From an uncultured delta proteobacterium (GTDB lineage: Bacteria > Myxococcota_A > Polyangia > Polyangiales > Polyangiaceae), in contig CAWAIF010000003.1 in assembly GCA_963782055.1 (NCBI GenBank), positions 2,592,001 through 2,656,000 of the forward strand: a DNA stretch of 64,000 nt, given 5' to 3'. Under the pieces are notes generated by a model. That model made no database searches. It had not been told where the DNA came from and worked only from the letters and a program-made list of their open reading frames with translations. Within the stretch, counting starts at the first letter, position 1. Every line of letters starts with the position of its first letter. The translations under genes and the position numbers were made by a program. Positions 26,449 to 36,350 of this stretch are shown here, piece after piece.

Positions 26449-28339
26449 CGGCCGTTCGCAGGCGCGTGGCCTGCTCACGCGGCTGGGCGTCTCGGTGGCG
26501 CTCTCGCTGAACGCGATGATCTTCGCCATCGCCGGCTACGCCGGCCTGGCGACCGGGCCGCTGCACCGCCTCTTCGGGGCGCTGAACCTCGGCCTCGCCA
26601 CCGGGGTGGTGCTGGTGGGCGGGACCGTCTTCTTCCGCGCGGCGTGGCAGGGGCTTCGCCGCCGCGCGCTGCACCTGGACCTGCCCATCGCGCTCGGGAT
26701 CGCCGCCTCGTACGCCGGGTCGGTGCACGCGTGGGCGACCGGCGGCGCGCCGTACTTCGATACGGTGTGCGTCTTCGTCACGCTGATGCTCGCCGGTCGC
26801 TTCCTGCGCCAGCGCGTGCTGGAGAAGAACCGGCGCATGCTGCTGGAGGGCGCGGACGCGAGCGGCCTGCTCACCCGCCGGGTGGGCGAGGGCGGCTCGC
26901 CCGAGCTCGTGCCGTGCACGCGTGTGCGCGAGGGCGACAGGCTCTGGATCGGCCCGGGGGACCTCCTGCCGGTCGACGGGCGCGTGGAGGAGGAGGCGAG
27001 CTTCTCGCTCGACTGGATCAGCGGCGAGAGCGCGCCGCGCCGCTACGAGGCCGGCGCCGCCGCGCCCGCCGGCGCGTTCAACACCGGGAGCTCTGCCGTC
27101 GTGGTGCGGGCGGAGACCGACTTCGAGTCGTCGCCCCTCGTGGACATCCTGCGCACGCCGGTGCGGGGCGTCGACGACGCGCGCGGGCAGCCGCCGCTCT
27201 GGCAGCGCTTCGCGTCGGTCTACGTCGTCGGCGTCCTGGCGCTGGCGCTCGGCGGCTTCGCCGCGTGGCTCCACCTCTCGCACGACCTGCACAGGGCGAT
27301 CGGCGTCGCCACGGCGGTGCTGGTGGTGACGTGCCCGTGCGCCTTCGGCATCGCCACGCCGCTCGGGTACGAGGTGGTGCAGGCCGAGCTGCGCCGCCGC
27401 GGGCTCTTCGTGCGCTCCGCGGGGTTTCTGGACCGCGCGGCTCGCGTCACGCGGGTGGCGTTCGACAAGACGGGTACGCTGACCACGGGGTCCCTCGACT
27501 TGCAGGACGCAAGCGTCCTGGACGGACTGGACGCGCGGGACGCGTCGGTGCTCGGCGCGCTCGCCGCCGCGACGGCGCACCCCAAGAGCGCCGCGGTCCA
27601 CGGCGAGCTGGCGCGGAGGGGTGTGGCGCCGGCGCCCGTGCGCGCGGCGGAGGTGGCGGGCCGTGGGGTGGAGGTCATGGTGGACGGCGCGCGCTACCGC
27701 CTGGGCGAGCCGGCTTGGGTCGCGCCCGACGCCGCGGGCGACATCGCCTTCGGCCGCGACGGGCGGGCCCTGGTGTCGCTCGCGACGCAGGAGACGCTGC
27801 GTCCCGACGCGCGCGCGGAGGTCGCCAAGCTGGGCGAGGCGGGCCTGGACGTCTGGATCCTCAGCGGCGACGAGCCGGCGCGCGTGCGCGCCGTCGCGCG
27901 GGAGGTCGGCGTGCCGGAGTCGCGGGCGCTCGGCGGTCTTTCGGCGGACGACAAGGCCGCGTGGCTGCGCGCGAACGACCGCGGCGACACGCTGATGGTC
28001 GGCGACGGCATCAACGACCTGCGCGCGGTCGCGCTGGCGACGTGCTCCGGGACGCCCGCGGTGGACCGGCCGTTCGTCGCCGCCCGCTCCGACTTCTACT
28101 TCACCACCCCCGGGCTCGCGCCCATCCGCGCGTCCGTCCGCGCCGGCCGCCAGCTCGGCCGCGTGGTGCGCCGCAACCTCGCCGTCGCCCTCACTTACAA
28201 CGCCGCCGCCGTCGGCGTTGCCCTCGCCGGCCTGATGACGCCGCTCTTCTGCGCCGTCCTCATGCCCGCGAGCTCCCTCTCCACCATCTTCGCGACGGTC
28301 GTGTCGCTCTCAGCAAGGAGTCGTGCATGGAGGTCATAG
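25955..28339 (+). CDS. ccoI: Cu-transporting P1B-type ATPase CcoI/FixI
   Basis: CLHCG/FCCTGC, GLHCSAC, CPC, DKTGTLT, GDGIND, YN and MPASS; heads the cco cluster; start 25955 (GTG) or 25874. Confidence 0.88.
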   Translation: MHPLAARVDSARPSRSSTSCLHCGARLGEGARGAFCCTGCEAVHALLRSEGLGRYYELRSGGGVPVAAERARDHAWLEAIEAKRAGDAGATAGLSRVELDMQGLHCSACVWLVGELFHREAGAVDVMVNPALGRVSLAVEPSFPLRRFVEHVESFGYVLGPRTRDGRSQARGLLTRLGVSVALSLNAMIFAIAGYAGLATGPLHRLFGALNLGLATGVVLVGGTVFFRAAWQGLRRRALHLDLPIALGIAASYAGSVHAWATGGAPYFDTVCVFVTLMLAGRFLRQRVLEKNRRMLLEGADASGLLTRRVGEGGSPELVPCTRVREGDRLWIGPGDLLPVDGRVEEEASFSLDWISGESAPRRYEAGAAAPAGAFNTGSSAVVVRAETDFESSPLVDILRTPVRGVDDARGQPPLWQRFASVYVVGVLALALGGFAAWLHLSHDLHRAIGVATAVLVVTCPCAFGIATPLGYEVVQAELRRRGLFVRSAGFLDRAARVTRVAFDKTGTLTTGSLDLQDASVLDGLDARDASVLGALAAATAHPKSAAVHGELARRGVAPAPVRAAEVAGRGVEVMVDGARYRLGEPAWVAPDAAGDIAFGRDGRALVSLATQETLRPDARAEVAKLGEAGLDVWILSGDEPARVRAVAREVGVPESRALGGLSADDKAAWLRANDRGDTLMVGDGINDLRAVALATCSGTPAVDRPFVAARSDFYFTTPGLAPIRASVRAGRQLGRVVRRNLAVALTYNAAAVGVALAGLMTPLFCAVLMPASSLSTIFATVVSLSARSRAWRS

Positions 28340-28485
28340 CGCTTCAGGTGTTCGTGAGTCTGGTGCTGGTCGCCGGGTCGGTGATGCTCTTCTGGTTCTC
28401 CAGCCGCAAGCACACCTTCGAGCACGCCGACCGCCTGGCCCTGCTGCCGATCGAGGACGACACCACGACGGAGCCGTCCCGATGA
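28327..28485 (+). CDS. ccoS: cbb3 oxidase maturation protein CcoS
   Basis: 52 aa MEVIALQVFVSLVLV..FEHADRLALLPIEDD between ccoI and ccoN. Confidence 0.8.
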   Translation: MEVIALQVFVSLVLVAGSVMLFWFSSRKHTFEHADRLALLPIEDDTTTEPSR

Positions 28486-30857
28486 GCGCTCCCGACATCG
28501 CCTCCGCGCCGCTTCAGAACGGCCGCGTCGACGAGGGGCAGGAGGACGGCGTCCTCGAGAAGAAGACCATCGTCTACAACGACGACCTGGCGCGGAAGTT
28601 CGTCCTCGCGTCGGTGGTCTGGGGCCTCGTCGGCATGCTGGTCGGCGTCGTCATCGCCCTGCAGCTCGCCTGGTGGCCGGCGAACGTCCACCCGATGCTC
28701 AGCTTCGGGCGGCTCCGGCCGCTGCACACCAACGCGGTGATCTTCGCCTTCGTCGGCAACATGATCTTCGCCGGCGTCTACTACTCGACGCAGCGCCTGG
28801 TGAAGGCGCGCGCCGCCTCCGATCTGCTCGGCAAGATCCACTTCTGGGGCTGGCAGGCGATCATCGTCTCCGCCGCCATCACGCTGCCGCTCGGCTACAC
28901 GCAGGCCAAGGAGTACGCCGAGCTGGAGTGGCCCATCGACATCGCCATCGCGGTGATCTGGGTCATCTTCGCGATCAACTTCTTCTGGACGCTCGCGCGG
29001 CGCGTGGAGAAGCACCTCTACGTCGCCATCTGGTTCTACATCGCCTCCATCGTCACGGTGGCGGTGCTGCACGTGGTCAACAGCCTCGCGCTGCCGGTCT
29101 TCGCGCTCAAGAGCTACTCCATCTACGGCGGCGCGAAGGACGCGCTGGTGCAGTGGTGGTACGGGCACAACGCCGTCGCCTTCGTGCTCACGACGCCGAT
29201 CCTCGGCATCATGTACTACTTCTTGCCCAAGTCGGTGGGCCGGCCGGTCTACAGCTACCGGCTCTCCATCATCCACTTCTGGGCGCTCATCTTCATCTAC
29301 ATCTGGGCGGGCCCGCACCACCTGCTCAACACCGCGCTGCCGCAGTGGGCGCAGACGCTCGGGATGATCTTCAGCATCATGCTCTGGGCGCCGAGCTGGG
29401 GCGGCATGCTCAACGGCCTGCTCACCCTGCGCGGGGCGTGGGACAAGCTGCGGACCGACCCGGTGGTCAAGTTCTTCGCCGCGGGCGTCACCTTCTACGG
29501 CATGGCCACCTTCGAGGGGCCGCTGCTCTCCATCCGCAGCGTCAACGGCCTGGCGCACTACACCGACTGGATCATCGGCCACGTCCACAGCGGCGCGCTC
29601 GGCTGGAACGGGTTCATGGCGGCGGGCATGTTCTACTGGATGGTGCCGCGCCTTTACGGCACCAAGCTGCACTCCCGCAAGCTCGCCGACTTCCACTTCT
29701 ACATCGGCACCTTCGGCATCCTGCTCTACGTCGTCGCGATGTGGGTGAGCGGGATCACCCAGGGCCTGATGTGGCGGCAGCTCAACCCCGACGGCTCGCT
29801 CGCGTACCCCAACTTCGTCGAGACGCTGCTGGCCATCAAGCCGATGTACTGGATGCGCCTCGTCGGCGGGTCGATGTACCTGCTCGGCTTCCTCTTGATG
29901 GCCTACAACCTGCTGCGCACCGCGCGCTCCGGCGCGCCGGTGGACGGCAAGGTGACGGTCGCCGTCCCGGTCCCCGACGAGGAGTCGCGCGTGCCGTGGA
30001 CGCAGGTCCTCTTCGGCAAGCCGGTCATCCTGGTCACCGTGGTGGTCGGGCTGGTGGGCACCGTGGCGGTCGTCAACGCGGTGGCGACGGTCACCATGCT
30101 GACGCTCGCCGCGGTGGTGGCCATCGCCGGCACCGTGGCGCTGCAGCTCACGCGCGACGGCGGCAAGCCGACCTGGCACCGCATGGTGGAGGGGCGCGCG
30201 CTCATCTTCACCGTGCTCGCGCTGGTGGCGGTGCTCGTCGGCGGGCTGGCGGAGCTCATCCCGGTGGTGGTGGTGCAGACGCCCATCGCCGCGCAGGGGC
30301 AGCGCCCGTACCGCCCGCTGGAGCTGGAGGGACGCGACGTCTACATCCGCGAGGGGTGCTTCAACTGCCACTCGCAGCAGATCCGCTCCTTCGACTTCGA
30401 GGCCAAACGCTACGGCCCCATCTCCAGGCTGGCCGACTCGCAGTACGACCACCCCTTCCTCTGGGGCAGCAAGCGCACCGGACCGGATCTCGCGCGGGAG
30501 GGCGGGAAGTACCCCGACTCCTGGCACTACGAGCACCTGCGCGACCCGCGGTCCATCTCGCCGGGGTCCAACATGCCGCCGTACCGGCACTTCGTGAACG
30601 GGCGCGTGGACCTCTCGCGCACCGCGACCAAGGTGCGGGCGATGCAGACGCTGGGCGTGCCCTACACCCAGAAGGACATCGACGGCGCGGTGGCCGACGC
30701 CAGGGCGCAGCAGACCCAGATCGCCGGGTCGCTCGCGACGCAGGGGATCCACGTGGACCCCGACGCCGACATGGTCGCGATCATCGCGTACCTCCAGTCG
30801 CTCGGCGTGTCGAGCAAGCAACCCCAACCCGGCGGCGCGGTCGCCGCGAGCCCGTGA
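28482..30857 (+). CDS. ccoN: cbb3-type cytochrome c oxidase, fused subunits I/II (CcoNO)
   Basis: GRLRPLHTNAVIFAF, WWYGHNAV, WAGPHHL, IIGHVHSG; C-terminal EGCFNCHSQ, WGSKRTGPDL, SNMP. Confidence 0.95.
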   Translation: MSAPDIASAPLQNGRVDEGQEDGVLEKKTIVYNDDLARKFVLASVVWGLVGMLVGVVIALQLAWWPANVHPMLSFGRLRPLHTNAVIFAFVGNMIFAGVYYSTQRLVKARAASDLLGKIHFWGWQAIIVSAAITLPLGYTQAKEYAELEWPIDIAIAVIWVIFAINFFWTLARRVEKHLYVAIWFYIASIVTVAVLHVVNSLALPVFALKSYSIYGGAKDALVQWWYGHNAVAFVLTTPILGIMYYFLPKSVGRPVYSYRLSIIHFWALIFIYIWAGPHHLLNTALPQWAQTLGMIFSIMLWAPSWGGMLNGLLTLRGAWDKLRTDPVVKFFAAGVTFYGMATFEGPLLSIRSVNGLAHYTDWIIGHVHSGALGWNGFMAAGMFYWMVPRLYGTKLHSRKLADFHFYIGTFGILLYVVAMWVSGITQGLMWRQLNPDGSLAYPNFVETLLAIKPMYWMRLVGGSMYLLGFLLMAYNLLRTARSGAPVDGKVTVAVPVPDEESRVPWTQVLFGKPVILVTVVVGLVGTVAVVNAVATVTMLTLAAVVAIAGTVALQLTRDGGKPTWHRMVEGRALIFTVLALVAVLVGGLAELIPVVVVQTPIAAQGQRPYRPLELEGRDVYIREGCFNCHSQQIRSFDFEAKRYGPISRLADSQYDHPFLWGSKRTGPDLAREGGKYPDSWHYEHLRDPRSISPGSNMPPYRHFVNGRVDLSRTATKVRAMQTLGVPYTQKDIDGAVADARAQQTQIAGSLATQGIHVDPDADMVAIIAYLQSLGVSSKQPQPGGAVAASP

Positions 30858-30870
30858 GAGGAGGCGCGCC

Positions 30871-31047
30871 ATGCTGGAGCTCTTTCGCGACCTGATGATC
30901 CACAGCGAGCTGCTCGCGTTGCCGCTCGTCGCCCTCTTCCTCTTCATCGCCGTCTTCGCAGGGATCGTGGTGCGGGTGATGCGGCAGCCCCCATCGCACT
31001 ACGCCGCCCAGGAAGCCCTGCCGCTCGGGGAGGATCGCCATGAGTGA
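30871..31047 (+). CDS. ccoQ: CcoQ-like small subunit
   Basis: Manual translation MLELFRDLMIHSELLALPLVALFLFIAVFAGIVVRVMRQ..EALPLGEDRHE (58 aa, one TM); GAGGAGG RBS; not in the ORF track. Confidence 0.75.
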   Translation: MLELFRDLMIHSELLALPLVALFLFIAVFAGIVVRVMRQPPSHYAAQEALPLGEDRHE

Positions 31048-31660
31048 CGACAAGCGCCCGGAGCAAGACACGGAGAAGAGCTGGCCGCCGGTCGAGGCGC
31101 AGGGCCAGCAGGATCGGGTGATCCACGAGTACGACGGCATCGAGGAGTACGACAACGACCTGCCGCGCTGGTGGCTGTACACGCTCTACGGGGCCGTCGT
31201 CTTCGCGTGCGTCTACTGGCTCGGCTACCACACCTTCAAGTCCGCCGACCTCCCCGACGCGGCGTACGAGCACCAGCTCGCCGCCGAGCGCGCGAAGGAG
31301 GCCGAGCGCATCAAGTCGCAGGGCGTGGTCACCCCGGCGGCGCTCGTGCTGCTGTCGAAGGACGACGCCACCGTCAAGAAGGGCAAGGAGGTCTTCACGC
31401 AGAACTGCGTGGCGTGCCACCGCGCCGACGCCGGCGGCAACATCGGTCCCAACCTCACCGACGACACCTGGATCCACGGCGGCAAGCCGGACGAGATCTA
31501 CAAGACCGTCACCGAGGGCGTCGCCGCGAAGGGCATGCCCACCTGGGGGCCGCAGCTCGGGCAGGAGCGCGTGGAGTCGGTGGTGGCGTACGTGCTCACG
31601 CTCCGGAACACCAACGTCGCGGGGGGCAAGGCGCCGCAGGGCGACATCGTGGTGAAGTAG
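31040..31660 (+). CDS. ccoP: cbb3 oxidase subunit III CcoP (single heme c)
   Basis: HEYDGIEEYDNDLPRWW, CVACH, GPNLTD, GMPTWG. Confidence 0.9.
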   Translation: MSDDKRPEQDTEKSWPPVEAQGQQDRVIHEYDGIEEYDNDLPRWWLYTLYGAVVFACVYWLGYHTFKSADLPDAAYEHQLAAERAKEAERIKSQGVVTPAALVLLSKDDATVKKGKEVFTQNCVACHRADAGGNIGPNLTDDTWIHGGKPDEIYKTVTEGVAAKGMPTWGPQLGQERVESVVAYVLTLRNTNVAGGKAPQGDIVVK

Positions 31661-33061
31661 ATGGCCGAGCCTCGCCGACTGCCGCTCTTGCCGCCGCAGG
31701 TCCTGAAGGGGTCGCTGCAGTCGGACGGGTCACGTGAGTTCGTCCACACCGCCGACGTGCGCGGGCGGTTCACCACCGCCCGTCGCGTCGTCTTCGCCCT
31801 GCTCATCGCCTTGTGGATCGCGCTGCCCTGGCTGAAGGTGCGCGGCAACCCCGCCGTCTTCCTGGACGTCGATCAGCGCCGCTTCTACCTCTTCGGGGCG
31901 ACCTTCAACGCGCAGGACACCTACCTGCTCTTCTTCGTGCTCACCGGCGTCGGCTTCTCCCTCGTCTACGTGACCGCGCTGCTCGGCCGCGTGTGGTGCG
32001 GGTGGGCGTGCCCGCAGACCGTCTTCCTCGAGGGCGTCTACCGCCGCATCGAGCGGCTGGTGGAGGGCGCGCGCGAGGCACGCATCAGGCGGGCGAAGGC
32101 GCCGTGGACGTTCGACAAGGTCTGGCGGCGCGGCTCGAAGCACGCGCTCTACCTGCTCGCGTCCTTCGGCATCGCGCACATCGTCCTCAGCTACTTCACC
32201 ACGCTCCCGGGCCTGTTGCGGATGATGGAGGGGAAACCGGCCGACCACCCGGAGGCCTTCGCGTGGGCGGTGGCGGTGACCGCGGTGCTCTACGGCAACT
32301 TCGCCTTCTTCCGCGAGCAGCTCTGCCTCGCCATCTGCCCGTACGGGCGGTTGCAGTCGGCGCTCATCGACGCCGACTCCATGGTGGTGGGCTACGACGA
32401 CAAGCGCGGCGAGCCGCGCGGCAAGGCGACGGCGAAGGCGGCGGGCGCGGCGGTGGGCGACTGCGTCGACTGCAAGCGCTGCGTGGCCGTCTGCCCGACC
32501 GGGATCGACATCCGCAACGGCCTGCAGATCGACTGCATCGGCTGCACCGCCTGCATCGACGCCTGCGACGACATCATGGACCGGCTCTCCAGGCCGCGCG
32601 GCCTCATCCGCTACACCTCGGCCAACGCGCTCGTGGGCAACCCGACGCGCGTGGTGCGCCCGCGGACCCTCCTGTACACCGGGCTGCTGGTGCTCGGCGC
32701 CGCCGTCGCCCTCGTCGTGGGCAGCCACCGCACCAGCTTCGAGGCCAACCTGCTGCGGCTGCCCGGCCCCCCCTACGTCATCGACGAGGGCACCGAGCGC
32801 GACAGCTTCGAGATCCACGTCGTCAACAAGACCTCGCGCACCGTCAGCTACACGCTGGCGCCGGAGGCAAACCCGCCGGCAACCTTCGTCACCCCGATGA
32901 CGAAGGTGGAGATCGCGCCGATGGGCAACGTGCGGGTGCCCTTCTTCGTGACGCTGCCGCGCGCGAGCTACGAGCACGACTTCGACATCCACGTCCACGT
33001 GCGCGACGAGGCGAGCGGCGAGGAGAAGGTGGTGAGCGCCGAGTTCCTGGGGGCGAAATGA
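31661..33061 (+). CDS. ccoG: Cytochrome c oxidase accessory protein CcoG
   Basis: GRVWCGWACPQTVF, CLAICPYGRLQ, two 4Fe-4S motifs CVDCKRCVAVCP and CIGCTACIDAC. Confidence 0.95.
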   Translation: MAEPRRLPLLPPQVLKGSLQSDGSREFVHTADVRGRFTTARRVVFALLIALWIALPWLKVRGNPAVFLDVDQRRFYLFGATFNAQDTYLLFFVLTGVGFSLVYVTALLGRVWCGWACPQTVFLEGVYRRIERLVEGAREARIRRAKAPWTFDKVWRRGSKHALYLLASFGIAHIVLSYFTTLPGLLRMMEGKPADHPEAFAWAVAVTAVLYGNFAFFREQLCLAICPYGRLQSALIDADSMVVGYDDKRGEPRGKATAKAAGAAVGDCVDCKRCVAVCPTGIDIRNGLQIDCIGCTACIDACDDIMDRLSRPRGLIRYTSANALVGNPTRVVRPRTLLYTGLLVLGAAVALVVGSHRTSFEANLLRLPGPPYVIDEGTERDSFEIHVVNKTSRTVSYTLAPEANPPATFVTPMTKVEIAPMGNVRVPFFVTLPRASYEHDFDIHVHVRDEASGEEKVVSAEFLGAK

Positions 33062-33795
33062 CCGTCGCGCCGGCGCTGGCGGGCCTCGCGCTCGGCGCGC
33101 TCGGCAGCGCGCACTGCGTGGCGATGTGCGGTGGCGTGGCGTCCACCCTGGCGGCGAGGCCGGCGCTTCGAAAGGGGGAGGCGCGCCCGCGCTGGCGGGT
33201 GGTGCTGGCCTTCCAGGCGGGCCGCGTCCTCACGTACGCGGCGCTGGGGGCGCTGGCGGGCGGGGCCCTCGGCGCGGCGATGGACGCGGCGCCGGTGGCG
33301 GCGGCGCGTGGCGCGCTGCGCGTCCTCGCCGGCGTGATGATGCTCGGCATCGGGCTCCACCTCTCCGGAGTGTGGCGGGGCTTCGCGGTCATCGAGCGCA
33401 TCGGCACGCCTGTGTGGCGCAGGCTCGCCCCCGTCGCGCGGCGCCTGTTGCCGGTGCGAGGCGCGGGAGAGGCGCTCGCGCTCGGGGCGCTGTGGGGGTG
33501 GGTGCCGTGCGGGATGGTCTACACCGCGCTGGTGCTCGCGGCGGCGAGCGGGAGCGCGCCGGCCGGGGCCGCGACCATGCTGGCCTTCGGCGTGGGCACC
33601 GTCCCGGCTCTCGCCGGCGTCAGCATGCTCGCGTCGCGCCTCTCGCGCGGGGTGGTCGGCAGGAGGCGCGGGTGGATGCGCCGCGCGGCCGGCGTCGTGG
33701 TGGCCACCTTCGGCGTGATGAGCGTGGTGCTGGCGGTCGTCCCGCCGCGCGCGGCCGCGGCGCAAGCGCCGGCCGGTCTGGTCTGCGGCCGGTGA
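33058..33795 (+). CDS. DsbD_2/TauE-like membrane protein of cco clusters
   Basis: HCVAMCGG, GRVLTY, GWVPCGMVY, MLAFGVGTVP. Confidence 0.85.
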   Translation: MTVAPALAGLALGALGSAHCVAMCGGVASTLAARPALRKGEARPRWRVVLAFQAGRVLTYAALGALAGGALGAAMDAAPVAAARGALRVLAGVMMLGIGLHLSGVWRGFAVIERIGTPVWRRLAPVARRLLPVRGAGEALALGALWGWVPCGMVYTALVLAAASGSAPAGAATMLAFGVGTVPALAGVSMLASRLSRGVVGRRRGWMRRAAGVVVATFGVMSVVLAVVPPRAAAAQAPAGLVCGR

Positions 33796-33851
33796 CCCGC
33801 ACGCCTGCGTGATAGGCTCGCGCCTCGCGGTCGTCGTCCGCGAACCAGCCC

Positions 33852-34370
33852 ATGGAGCTCCGCCGCATCGTCGACCTGAAGGTCCTCTCCTCGCCGCGCG
33901 TCGTGGAGCTCACGCCGGATGGCAAGGGCCTGCTCTGCGCCTCGAGCGCGCTGCAGGTCCTCGACCTCCAGGGGAGGGTGAAGAGGACGCTGCGAAGGGC
34001 GGGCGGGTACGGCATGTACCAGGCGTTCGTGACCAAGGGGGGGCGCGCGCTCGGCCAGTCGGCCTCCCTGCTTCGCCGCTGGGTCGTCTTCGTGTGGGAC
34101 CGCGACGGCGGGCTGCGTCGCACCCTGCCGTACCGCGCAAAGATCACCGGGATCGCCGTCTCGCCGGATGCGCGGTGGCTCGTCGCCCACGGGAGCCACA
34201 AGCCCCCCGCGGTGTGGGACCTCGACTCCGGTGCGGCGCTCGGGACGGTGGACGCCTACGCCACGAGCGGCCTGCTCTCCGGCGTGCGTTTCGCGCGTTT
34301 CGCGCGAGACGGCCGCCTGGTCACCCTCGGCAACAACGGCCGGATCTGCGTGTGGGAGATCTCACCGTGA
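33852..34370 (+). CDS. WD40-repeat-like protein
   Basis: VFVWD, IAVSPDARWL, AVWDL, FARDGRLVT..ICVWE. Confidence 0.6.
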   Translation: MELRRIVDLKVLSSPRVVELTPDGKGLLCASSALQVLDLQGRVKRTLRRAGGYGMYQAFVTKGGRALGQSASLLRRWVVFVWDRDGGLRRTLPYRAKITGIAVSPDARWLVAHGSHKPPAVWDLDSGAALGTVDAYATSGLLSGVRFARFARDGRLVTLGNNGRICVWEISP

Positions 34371-34483
34371 CGGCGCGCAGGTGAGGGCGTGTGGGCGGCG
34401 GGCTCTCGCCTCCTTCATTTGTGGCCAGGGCGGAGCGCCGAGCGCTACAATGAGGTGGTGAGATTCTGGCTCTCGGAGGTCCC

Positions 34484-35404
34484 GTGAAAGCACTCGTACC
34501 CTGGGTCGTGGCCGTGGCGGTGGGCCTGGTCGCGTGCGGTAGCAGCGATGACACCGGCGGCAACCCGGACGGTGGGGGCCTGACGGACGGGGGCGGCGAC
34601 TTCGACAGCCCGTTCGGCAACATCGACTCGGGCGGCGGCGACGGGAGCGGCGGCGACGCGGACAGCTGCTACGCGCCGGTCGACATGTACATCATGCAGG
34701 ACCGGTCGGGCAGCATGGGGTCGGACTGCAACATCGGGAGCAAGACCAACTCCAAGTGGTGCCACGCCATCAACGCGCTCTCGGGGTACTTCAACTCGCC
34801 CAGCGCCAAGGACAACGCGGCGGCGCTCCAGTTCTTCCCGCTGACGACGCACAAGTCCTCGATGTGCAGTACGGGCACCAGCTACGACGTCGCGGCGCTG
34901 CCCAAGCCGTCCCCCGCGTACACCACCCTCCCGACGAACGCGTTCGACGCCCTGCTCGACTCCACCAACGACAGCGGCCCCAACACGCCGACGGAGGCCG
35001 CGATCCGCGGCATCACCAAGTTCACCGCCGCCAACCGCCGCGGGGGGCGCGTGACCATCGGCATCCTCATCACCGACGGCAACCCCAACGGGTGCAACGA
35101 GGACCTCAACTTCCTCTCCGGGTTGCTCCAGGCCCACTTCACCGCCACCACCCTCCGCACGTACGTCATCGGGATGACCGGCGCGAACTTCGACAACCTG
35201 GAGACCATCGCGCAGGGCGGCAACGCCCCGCTCCACCCGGACAAGGTGGGCCCGCTCACCGACGCGTGCGGCAACGGCCCCGGCCCGTGCCGTCACTGGA
35301 ACGTCGGCAACGGGGACCCGCAGGCGTTCGTCGCCGCGCTGGCCGCCATCCAGGAATCCGCCAACGGCTGCAAGGACGGCGGCGGCACCATCAACCCGAA
35401 CTGA
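34484..35404 (+). CDS. VWA-domain lipoprotein
   Basis: LVAC lipobox; MIDAS DRSGS, TPT, LITDG; several Cys. Confidence 0.85.
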   Translation: MKALVPWVVAVAVGLVACGSSDDTGGNPDGGGLTDGGGDFDSPFGNIDSGGGDGSGGDADSCYAPVDMYIMQDRSGSMGSDCNIGSKTNSKWCHAINALSGYFNSPSAKDNAAALQFFPLTTHKSSMCSTGTSYDVAALPKPSPAYTTLPTNAFDALLDSTNDSGPNTPTEAAIRGITKFTAANRRGGRVTIGILITDGNPNGCNEDLNFLSGLLQAHFTATTLRTYVIGMTGANFDNLETIAQGGNAPLHPDKVGPLTDACGNGPGPCRHWNVGNGDPQAFVAALAAIQESANGCKDGGGTINPN

Positions 35405-35441
35405 CGCGTCTGCCGTCGGGGCCGCGAGGTCGTGCCTCGGA

Positions 35442-36302
35442 TCACTCGTCGCGCCAGAAGCGGGCGATGAGCCGCGCGCGCGAGGGGACCTCCGCCTTGC
35501 GGAGGAGCTGCGTGACGTGCAGCTCGACGGTGTTCTCCGCGCAGCCGAGCGCCTGCGCGATCTCCTTGTTCGCCTGTCCCTGCGCGAGCAGGCGCAGCAC
35601 CTCGATCTGCCTCCGGGAGAGGGACCAGGCGACCGTCATCTCGTCGAGGCGGCTGTCGAGCGGGTCGACGGCGTCGCCGTCGCCGAACAGGGCCATCGCC
35701 GTCACCCGGTTGATGATCTCCAGCGAGGCGCGCCCCGCGCGCCGCACGAGCGTCCGCGACGCCGGGAGTCGAGCCCAGTACACGCCGTAGTCCGAGCCGA
35801 GGTCGGTGCGCAGGACCTTGGTGGGCGGGAGGTCCAGGTGCCGCGTCACGCCGCGGAGCGCCGCGACGCTGAAGCGGATGAAGGCGGGGTTCGGGCGCGC
35901 GCCGGGGCGGATGCGCATCGTGACGCGCATGTCGTTGCCACCGAGGTCCTCGCACTCGCAGTGGATGGCGGGCCACACGATGGGGTCGAGCACCTCCAGG
36001 ACGAACCGGACGAACGGCTTCGGCTCGATGAGCACGCGGCCCAGGGTCCGGAGCTCCGGGATGACCTCGTGGTAGCCGTCCTCGACCAGCTCGTCGATCC
36101 GCTCCATGTCTCCGACCAGCGCGACGAGGTTGTCGCAGATCGTGACGTAGTCGTCCCAGGAGATCCGCTTGCGGCCCTTCAGGTCATCCGGGCCGAAGGG
36201 CAGCCCCTGGAAGAGGCGCTCGTTCGAGAAGCTCGCCCGCTCGAGCATGCGGATGATGGCCCAGACCGTCCGCGTGGAGACCTCGTGCGAGGGGACGACC
36301 AC
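35442..36302 (-). CDS. LuxR-family transcriptional regulator with uncharacterised N-terminal domain
   Basis: LSRRQIEVLRLLAQGQANKEIAQALGCAENTVELHV; start approximate. Confidence 0.85.
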   Translation of the reverse strand: MVVPSHEVSTRTVWAIIRMLERASFSNERLFQGLPFGPDDLKGRKRISWDDYVTICDNLVALVGDMERIDELVEDGYHEVIPELRTLGRVLIEPKPFVRFVLEVLDPIVWPAIHCECEDLGGNDMRVTMRIRPGARPNPAFIRFSVAALRGVTRHLDLPPTKVLRTDLGSDYGVYWARLPASRTLVRRAGRASLEIINRVTAMALFGDGDAVDPLDSRLDEMTVAWSLSRRQIEVLRLLAQGQANKEIAQALGCAENTVELHVTQLLRKAEVPSRARLIARFWRDE

Positions 36303-36350
36303 GTCACCGACGATATCCGACGCCTGCGACCTGGTGCTAGCGTGACGCGC

